Positions 16,358-23,192 of a stretch of DNA of 32,000 nt are shown here, one piece after another; position 1 is the stretch's first letter, and each line of letters begins with the position of its first letter. The notes beneath the pieces are model-generated. The model made no database searches. It was given only the letters and a program-made list of their open reading frames with translations, and was not told the origin of the DNA. Where the stretch lies: positions 750,001 through 782,000 of the forward strand of contig CBDCNV010000002.1 of NCBI GenBank assembly GCA_965219535.1, given 5' to 3'. Source of the stretch: Opitutales bacterium. GTDB lineage: Bacteria > Verrucomicrobiota > Verrucomicrobiia > Opitutales > PNEW01. Made by a program: the position numbers and the translations under genes.

Positions 16358-18949
16358 ATGAAGTGCCGTAACGCCATTCTTTTATGTGTTGCCGCTATCC
16401 TGATTTTATCGGGATGCAATGAAAAAGAAGAGCTGACAACTGAAGAGGCGATTACCTGGGGAGAGCTTCAGCAACTGCCAAATTCCTCGGGACTAAGTGG
16501 CGCTTTTTCTGGTCCCAGCAAGGGTGCATTGATTGTCGCGGGAGGAGCAAACTTCATTCAGGAACCGGGGAGAGGAGAGGGAATAGTAAACTGGAATGAT
16601 ACGCTCAATGTGTTAGAGGGCGACCCAGACGCAGCGTGGATAAGTGATTTCGCACTCAAAAAACCGTTGGCTTATGGTGCATCTGTAAGCACAGGTAAAA
16701 GTTTAATCCTGATTGGAGGGAAAAATGCCGAGGGACATCAAAGTGATGTCATTCAACTCACATGGGATCGGGCATCGAAGATGGTCGCCAAGGAGGAGCT
16801 GCCGTCTTTACCGCAGGCAATCGCCTATTCCGGTGCGGCAATAAAAGGTTCGAAATTGTATGTCGTGGGGGGGCAGGGCGGCGATGAGGAGTCAGAGCTA
16901 TCAAACATATTCTTGTCACTCGACTTGAATAACCTGGAAGCTGGTTGGAAAGAGCTGACAACTTGGGATGGGCCCGCTCGGAGAAAAGCGATTACCGTAG
17001 AGCAAAGTATCGGTAATATCACCTATATTTATATCATAGGCGGTGAAGGCTTGTATAAAGATGCGGAAGGTAAAACTCACACTGTGCTGTATACTGACGG
17101 CTATCGTTATTCCCTCCAATATAAGGAATGGAAGCGCATAGCCGATTGCCCCCAACCGATAACGGCGACCCCGGCGATCAAGTACGGACAATCCCATATT
17201 CTCGTCTTTGGTGGAGATAGGGGACAGAAATTAAGCGACGGATCAGAAGACGAGGAGCCGGGATACACGCGCGATCTTCTTGTTTATCATACGATCACTG
17301 ATACCTGGCTAAAAAAGGGGGAGGTCCCGTTGCCGGTGAATGCGACCGAAGCGATTGCCTATAAGGGCGGCATAGTCCTTGTCAGTGGAGAGACCGGTGC
17401 GAGCAAAACGACACCGAAGGTTCAAATCATGTATCATGACAAAGACGCACAGGCATCATTTGGATTAATTAACTACACGTTTCTCATTCTCTATATGGTG
17501 GTCATGGTTTACATCGGTATCTATTTCTCCAGGCGGGAAAAAGGAACTGACGATTACTTTCTCGCAGGACGACGCATACCCTGGTGGGCTGCGGGAATCA
17601 GCGTACTGGGGACGGGTCTCAGCGCATTAACTTATATCTCGCATCCGGCAATGGCTTATTCCATGGACTGGTTTGCCTTCCCGGCAAAGATAGGAATTAT
17701 AATCGCCCCGATCATCACGATTTACTGTTTTTTGCCCTTCTATAGAAGGCTCAATGTTACGACGGCCTATGAGTACCTGGAAAAACGTTTTAACCTTCCG
17801 GTTCGTTTATATGGCAGTGCACAGTTTATCGTTTTTCAATTGGTGCGCATCAGCCTCATTCTCTATTTACCCGGGATTGTATTATCCACGATCACGGGAA
17901 TAAACATCTATGTCTGTGTATTGTCGATGGGGCTGCTCAGCACCTTTTACACCGTGATGGGGGGTATAGAAGCCGTAGTGTGGTCAGACGTTATTCAAGT
18001 TATAGTTTTCTTTGCCGGCATCATTCTCGCAATCATTGTTGTTACTTTTCATGTCGATGGCGGGGTGATGGGTGTCATTGAAATTGGTATGGCCGATGAT
18101 AAATATCGCATGCTGTATCTGGACTGGGATATCACGGCGCCCGTTCTATGGGTGGTCGTGGTGGGGAATTCTTTTAATACCTTAGTGCAATATACCGCGG
18201 ACCAGGGGATGATCCAGCGTTACCTTACAACGAAGGATGAAAAATCAGCGGCAAAAGGCTTGTGGTTAAACGTAGCCGTTACTATTCCCGTGGGGTTGCT
18301 TTTTTTCATCATGGGTGCCGCACTCTATGCCTATTATAAATCGCATCCGGCTGAACTCAGTTTAGGGATGCAAAATGATGCCATTTATCCTCTCTTCACG
18401 GCGCAAAGGATACCCATAGGTCTCGCCGGATTTGTCATAGCGGCCATCTTTTCTGCCGCGATGTCGAGTTTGGACAGCAGCATGAATTCGATAGCGACCG
18501 CTTTTGTCACCGACTTTTACCGAAGATTCAAACCCGATAAGTCTGAACACCAATATTTAAAATTAGCCCGGTGGGTTACATTGGTAATCGGTATTTTTGG
18601 AACCGCTTTTGCTCTCGTCCTTGTGACTTTCGACATTAAGTCGGTGACTTTGTTTAATGTCGCGATCATTGGATTATTAAGCAGTGGACTCGCCGCATTG
18701 TTTGCACTCGGTGTCTTTACCCGTCGCGCCAATGGGATCGGTGTTTTAATCGGAGCAATTACCAGTGCGATCGCCCTTTATTTTATTAAGTTCTACACAC
18801 CGATTAATTTTTATTTCTATGCCTGTCCCGGTTTCATCATCTGTTTTGCCGTGGGGTATCTAGTGAGTTTAGTTATACCGGTAAAAGATAAATCTCTTGA
18901 AGGGCTTACGCTTTATTCTGTCTTAGGAAGAGATGACGAGGGGAAGTGA
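16358..18949 (+). CDS. fusion protein: lipoprotein signal + NanM-like Kelch beta-propeller + sodium:solute symporter (SSS) family transporter, copy 1
   Basis: The ORF is 863 aa. It begins MKCRNAILLCVAAILILSGC, which contains a lipobox. Residues ~30-360 resemble N-acetylneuraminate epimerase NanM/YjhT (GLSGAFSGPSKGALIVAGGANF..., LVSGETGASKTTPKV). Residues ~365-863 form a polytopic SSS domain (DDYFLAGRRIPWW, TAYEYLEKRF, GGIEAVVWSDVIQ, QRYLTTKDEK, AAIFSAAMSSLDS). Confidence 0.9.
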   Translation: MKCRNAILLCVAAILILSGCNEKEELTTEEAITWGELQQLPNSSGLSGAFSGPSKGALIVAGGANFIQEPGRGEGIVNWNDTLNVLEGDPDAAWISDFALKKPLAYGASVSTGKSLILIGGKNAEGHQSDVIQLTWDRASKMVAKEELPSLPQAIAYSGAAIKGSKLYVVGGQGGDEESELSNIFLSLDLNNLEAGWKELTTWDGPARRKAITVEQSIGNITYIYIIGGEGLYKDAEGKTHTVLYTDGYRYSLQYKEWKRIADCPQPITATPAIKYGQSHILVFGGDRGQKLSDGSEDEEPGYTRDLLVYHTITDTWLKKGEVPLPVNATEAIAYKGGIVLVSGETGASKTTPKVQIMYHDKDAQASFGLINYTFLILYMVVMVYIGIYFSRREKGTDDYFLAGRRIPWWAAGISVLGTGLSALTYISHPAMAYSMDWFAFPAKIGIIIAPIITIYCFLPFYRRLNVTTAYEYLEKRFNLPVRLYGSAQFIVFQLVRISLILYLPGIVLSTITGINIYVCVLSMGLLSTFYTVMGGIEAVVWSDVIQVIVFFAGIILAIIVVTFHVDGGVMGVIEIGMADDKYRMLYLDWDITAPVLWVVVVGNSFNTLVQYTADQGMIQRYLTTKDEKSAAKGLWLNVAVTIPVGLLFFIMGAALYAYYKSHPAELSLGMQNDAIYPLFTAQRIPIGLAGFVIAAIFSAAMSSLDSSMNSIATAFVTDFYRRFKPDKSEHQYLKLARWVTLVIGIFGTAFALVLVTFDIKSVTLFNVAIIGLLSSGLAALFALGVFTRRANGIGVLIGAITSAIALYFIKFYTPINFYFYACPGFIICFAVGYLVSLVIPVKDKSLEGLTLYSVLGRDDEGK

Positions 18950-18986
18950 ACAGCCGCCGTCGCTTCGCTATGGCGTGCCATGGTGA
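18949..18986. repeat. family A repeat fragment (inner right-arm segment)
   Basis: The sequence aacagccgccgtcgcttcgctatggcgtgccatgg resembles aacagccgtcgctgtgctatgttaggctatg of the copy at 10890-10930. It abuts the stop codon of the SSS gene. Confidence 0.4.
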
Positions 18987-19079
18987 ACAGTGAACAGTGA
19001 TGCTTATTATCAAACGATTGTAACAGTGTCGAGATTCCTAAACTTTGAGGTTAGATTGTTATATCAATATTTTATAAAG

Positions 19080-19224
19080 CTTCGTCTTCGTCTCTCTCTT
19101 CGTCTTCGTCCATGGATATTAATTCATTATCAAGGAATAGAAGAAGCGTGCTAGGGACAGCCCGCTCCACCTACATATTTTAATAAATATGTGGACGGAG
19201 ACGAAGAGAGAGACGAAGACGAAG
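19080..19224. repeat. 33-nt inverted repeat (32/33 match) enclosing a family A unit; candidate bidirectional terminator hairpin
   Basis: The left arm at 19080-19112 is cttcgtcttcgtctctctcttcgtcttcgtcca. The right arm at 19192-19224 is tggacggagacgaagagagagacgaagacgaag. The 79-nt loop contains the repeat at 19140-19171. It lies between two convergent genes. Confidence 0.75.
19140..19171. repeat. family A repeat, solitary short right arm
   Basis: The sequence is gaagaagcgtgctagggacagcccgctccacc. Confidence 0.85.
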
Positions 19225-19265
19225 ATTACGATTATATCAGAAACGTAGCCTCTGACTTGCTATGT

Positions 19266-20454
19266 CTACTGCACAAATGCGCTAATGGCATTTACGATGG
19301 CGAGATAGCGGGGTTCCTCGGCGTCGTTGGCGAGCATACTGGGTTCATAGACGCTGAAATTGTTATGGTCTCCGCTCCGCTCGACGGTGATCTCATAATT
19401 GAATCCATCAGCGACCGTCGATAAAAGATCACCATTCGAGGGTATGGTGAATACATCATTCAATTCGAGTTCTTGCCAAAGCTGGTCTAAATCTTCCGCG
19501 GCGATCTCAAATTCTGATCGTTCGCCGGTAAACCCTTCCACGAATACATAAATTATTGATCCGTCAATTTCCCTAAGGGTTGTCAATTCTGAGATACCCG
19601 CAATGCCTCCGGTTTTATGCATAACAATACTTCCAATGATTATGTTCTTTTCGACCGCGACGGTTATTGTCTCTCCATTCCCATTTACGAAAGTGGTGTC
19701 AATCCCCTGCGAGGGTTGATCCGATCCATCTGACTTTACATTGTCTTGGGTTATGAGTGTCTCAAATCCGGGTGTCGTCGATCCATCCGGCGCTACGACT
19801 ATCGAAACTCCGTTTGACTGTTGAAGATCACCGCCTGTGATTCGCAATCCGGAATTGTTTGCGGGGACCGTGAAGGAACCATCTCCAAATAAAAGGTACG
19901 GAACGGCATCCCCACTGGCATCGATGTCGCCCAGGGTTAAGCGAACCGTGATCGGCACGCCGGTCGCATCGACCCCCACCTTACCCGTGTTCCCGCTAAA
20001 GACGGTATTCGATAATTGCATTCCACCCATTCCCGTGGAGTTGGTGACTTCCACCAGGCTCACATCCGCCTTGGCATCATAGACCTGCCCATCGGGAAAC
20101 AATGCCTGGTTCACGGCGTTTATTGATCCAACAGTGAAGATACTGAAAAAGGTGCTGGAGTCCGCTCCCTCGATTACCACGCTGGGCTTGCCCGTGACGT
20201 AGAGAACTTCCTGGTTATAGCGAGGTGGAAGGGCAGGGGGTGTGAAAGTGATTGGATCCAGAGTTACAGTAAAGGTACCGGATCCCGAGAACTCTACCTG
20301 GACAATATCTTCGTCTTCGTCCATGAACGATACGCGGGTGATCTGATTCTGTTTTGCCTGGAGCCTAATACTTTCACCGGTGAGCAAAACCTGGTCGAAT
20401 ATGTTTCCATTCGGATGAATTATATTCTCTCCGACAACATTACCTGAGCTGGAG
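19266..20454 (-). pseudogene. C-terminal fragment (core domain + unique tail) of a core-domain family gene split by the IS element
   Basis: The frame is open from the IS boundary (…SSSGNVVGENIIHPNGNIFDQVLLTGESIRLQAK…) to the stop at 19266. The 'M' start in the ORF track is a TTG inside the conserved LLTGE motif, so it is not a real start. The core spans ~19728-20432, followed by a ~150-aa unique tail. Confidence 0.8.
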
Positions 20455-20514
20455 TGACCCCCAAAAATCGTATCATTTACAGAGAGAGGTTATCGGGATA
20501 AACAGATAACCTCA

Positions 20515-20808
20515 ATGAAAAGAAAAAGATACACAACAGAACAGATTATAACAATATTGCGGCAAGCCGATACCGGTAAAACGGTACAGGAAATCTGCCG
20601 TGGAAACAACCTGAGCGAACAGACTTTCTATCGCTGGCGTAAAAAATATGGCAATTTAGAACTTGCCGATGCGAAGCGATTTAAAGAGCTGGAAAAAGAA
20701 TTCACGAGCGCAAGCGAGAAGGCCTGACATACCGAGCTGAAGAAGCTGCTCGCAGATCAAATGCTCAAGAATCAGGTAATGGAGGAAACGCTGTCAAAAA
20801 AATGGTGA
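20515..20808 (+). pseudogene. IS3-family transposase OrfA (HTH + leucine-zipper) with an in-frame TGA at 20725-20727
   Basis: The frame reads MKRKRYTTEQIITILRQADTGKTVQEICRGNNLSEQTFYRWRKKYGNLELADAKRFKELEKEFTSASEKA*HTELKKLLADQMLKNQVMEETLSKKW*. Both parts are in the same frame. Confidence 0.75.
20796..20802 (+). promoter_or_regulatory. A AAA AAA -1 programmed ribosomal frameshift heptamer (OrfA->OrfAB)
   Basis: The sequence tcA AAA AAA tgg tga is in the OrfA frame. A -1 slip enters the OrfB frame exactly at 20802 (atg gtg agc ...). This is the classic IS3-family arrangement. Confidence 0.75.
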
Positions 20809-21767
20809 GCCCAAAGCAGAAGAAACGAGTAGTAAAAGCTGCGGCTGAGAAAGGGTTGTGCTCGTTGCGGAGGGCTTGTGCTTATCTCAGCCTGAGTTGG
20901 TCAACGTTCAGTTACCGGCCCAAACAGGCCAGTGAGAAAGCTCAGCGGTTGGTCGAGCGGATTGTGAGCTTGTCCTGGAAACATCCCCGCTACGGTTACC
21001 GGCGCATCCGTGCCTTGCTGGTAAAGGAAGGCTGGACAACAAGCAGGAAGTTTGTCCAGGCGGTACGACGTTCAGAAGGGCTGCAGGTAAAGCCCCCGAA
21101 AAAGGGCAGACACCGTCAAGGAGTCTCTACGGGGTCACCTACTAAAGCAAAGGGTCGCAATCACGTTTGGTCCTGGGACTTTGTCCATGATCGTACAGAC
21201 AACGGCGGTCCATTAAAGATGATGACTCTAATCGATGTACCGAGGAGCTGAAAGCGACGACACTCAAGCGAAGCGAAGACATATACGCGTAAATGCCTGG
21301 ATATCCGGGTCGCTCGTCAACTCACCTCAACCGATGTCCTCTCTGTGCTTAGCGAGGCCATTGAAGAGGAGGGACCTCCCAGCTATATCCGTAGTGACAA
21401 CGGCAGTGAGTTCATTGCTCATCAAGTGCAGCAGTGGTTGTCCGGTAATAACATAAAGGCGATCTATATCGATCCGGGCAGTCCCTGGCAAAACGGTTTC
21501 ATCGAGTCGTTTCACAACCGCTTACGCGATGAGTGTTTGAACCGTGAAGTGTTGCTCAGCGTGGCTGAAGCGCAAGTGGTAATCGAACAATGGCGTCAGA
21601 CCTATAACCATGAACATCCCCACAGTCGTTTAGGCTTCAAAAGCCCACAAGAGTTTGTCAGATTCCTTTCCGATCTTGGCCGCGTTCGGGCTACGCCCTC
21701 ACTTCGCCAAGATCTCTCATATACATCAATCCTAAAACCATTAACACCCGGTAACTCTCTCACTTAA
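20802..21767 (+). pseudogene. IS3-family transposase OrfB (DDE integrase-like) with an in-frame TGA at 21249-21251
   Basis: ORFs 20802-21251 and 21345-21767 are in the same frame (both start coordinates are multiples of 3). Reading through gives ...LKMMTLIDVPRS*KRRHSSEAKTYTRKCLDIRVARQLTSTDVLSVLSEAIEEEGPPSYIRSDNGSEF.... Confidence 0.75.
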
Positions 21768-21788
21768 ATTGGTACGAAAAACGGGGTC

Positions 21789-23002
21789 CGATCAGAGCCT
21801 TCGATGATAAGATCCTGGCCCTCTCCGGTGAATTGGATCGAAAGCATAGGTCGTCTATCCGCGGTGACACTTTCTTTACTGTCGAATTGAGTCGACGATC
21901 CCGTAATCGAATCATCGACGATCAGAATCCAGCCAAAATTCTGGTCAGGGTTATCCAACCAGGCTTGTGTGTCGGCAATCATCGCAAGTGAACTCCAGGT
22001 AATAAAACCCGTCTCTGATAAAGTTTGGGTAGCGGATGGGGTGGTTACAAAATCACCTCCCGGTGTAGTCCAATTATCACTCTCGAAAAAGCTAAAATTC
22101 CAAGTGGCGTCTCCAATTGTCGGGGGACCACCCTGACCGGCACCCACAGAGTTTCCCTCGCCCCATTCCTGGTTAAGACTGTGTAAGAAAGTGTCTACTG
22201 AGATGTCATTCGTCGGCGCGCCACGTTTATTGGCAAACAAAGTAAGCGACACGGATTCAATGACTCCGTTGCTGGGAATGCTGCCGGCCAGGTCAAATTG
22301 AATTAACGCTCGGCGAATCCCCGAACCCATCTGGCCCTGCGTTCTACCGGAAAAAAGATCAATGCCATGGGCATTACTGTTATCATTTTCCGAATAAATG
22401 GAGTTATCTTTAATAGATTCAAGGATAACGGTATTAATGGGTGGTCCTATAAGATAGGAGAAACCGAGATCATCAAGGGCGAAGAGACCTACAACATTCA
22501 AAACTGTGATTTCCCTGATCCCGCTCGTATAATCTAAATCCGATGTATCGTTATTATCACCACTGAAGGCGACAAAACTTTGTAAAGGGGCAATGACGTC
22601 GGGGCCTATATTTACGGGCAGACCATCGACGACACCATTGGGATGCAATTCTATGCCGGTTTTGTCCCGCACCTCTATCCTTCCAGCGCCCGTTGTTTCC
22701 GCAGCCGTGAATTGGAGTAAGTTAACCCCGCGTTCAAAAATTATTCTACCTTCCTGCCCCGGCGCGAGAATCAGGGCCCGGGTTCCCGAACTATATATAT
22801 TAGGATTGCTCGTCGCAGTCGCGGTAAATCCAATGACCCGGATACTATTGGGTGATTCGCCGAGGATAAAATCTCCCGAGCCCTCATCATTCTCAAAATC
22901 GAAAAAGTTATCGAGGTTTTGGGGCTGGGCGAGAACCAGGACAGGTAAAGCTATTAAGAGTGTTGTGAACGATAAAAGTTTCTTACTGCTCATGGGCTGC
23001 AT
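21789..23002 (-). pseudogene. N-terminal fragment (signal peptide + N-module + DNRLRE-like domain) of the IS-split core-domain family gene
   Basis: The signal peptide is MQPMSSKKLLSFTTLLIALPVLVLAQP. The N-module is homologous to the N-termini of 26032-28239 and 28518-30728 (NFFDFENDEGSGDFILGESPNSIRVIGFT...GTRALILAPGQEGRIIFE). The following segment (RRALIQFDLAGSIP...LNQEWGEG...ATWN...NFGWILIV...RRPMLSIQF) looks like a DNRLRE-type domain. The last 8 codons of the track ORF (to 21764) are read from IS sequence. Confidence 0.8.
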
Positions 23003-23192
23003 TCATTAGAACGTATAATCGTTATTAAATGAATTTATTTATAATATGTTAGTGGTCAAGGCCTTCGATATGACTTAGAATCATATAGTTACGTAATACT
23101 GACTGATAATTCCTATTCCCGTTCCGTCCAAGTGAGAAAAGGTTTTAAACTGGACAGTGTTTAGTTCCAAAGGCACCGTCTATGCAAAACTT

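Larger units (their letters stand above)
20455..21788 (+). mobile_element. IS3-family insertion sequence (IS407-like OrfA/OrfB organisation), apparently decayed
   Basis: The element is 1334 bp. Its imperfect terminal inverted repeats are tgacccccaaaaatcgtatcattt (20455-20478) and aaattggtacgaaaaacggggtc (21766-21788). It has an HTH OrfA, an A7 slippery site and a DDE OrfB (SDNGSEF...NGFIESFHNRLRDECL). It interrupts a minus-strand gene. No clean target-site duplication was seen by eye, and the boundaries are uncertain by a few bp. Confidence 0.8.

Noticed and set aside
19191-19424. An acidic ORF, MDGDEERDEDEDYDY...
   Set aside because: Its 5' part is simply the right arm of the 33-nt inverted repeat (gacgaagag...). 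Its 3' part is antisense to the 19266-20454 gene fragment.
20725-20727. TGA recoding (alternative genetic code or selenocysteine) as an explanation for the in-frame TGAs in the IS.
   Set aside because: TGA clearly terminates well-supported genes here (both SSS fusions, the cupin, and the 26032/28518/31216 genes). Decay of the IS is the simpler reading.
23157-23192. The GTG start at 23157 for SSS fusion copy 2.
   Set aside because: ATG 23193 yields a canonical lipoprotein signal, parallel to copy 1. The 12 extra residues have no counterpart. The choice remains uncertain.
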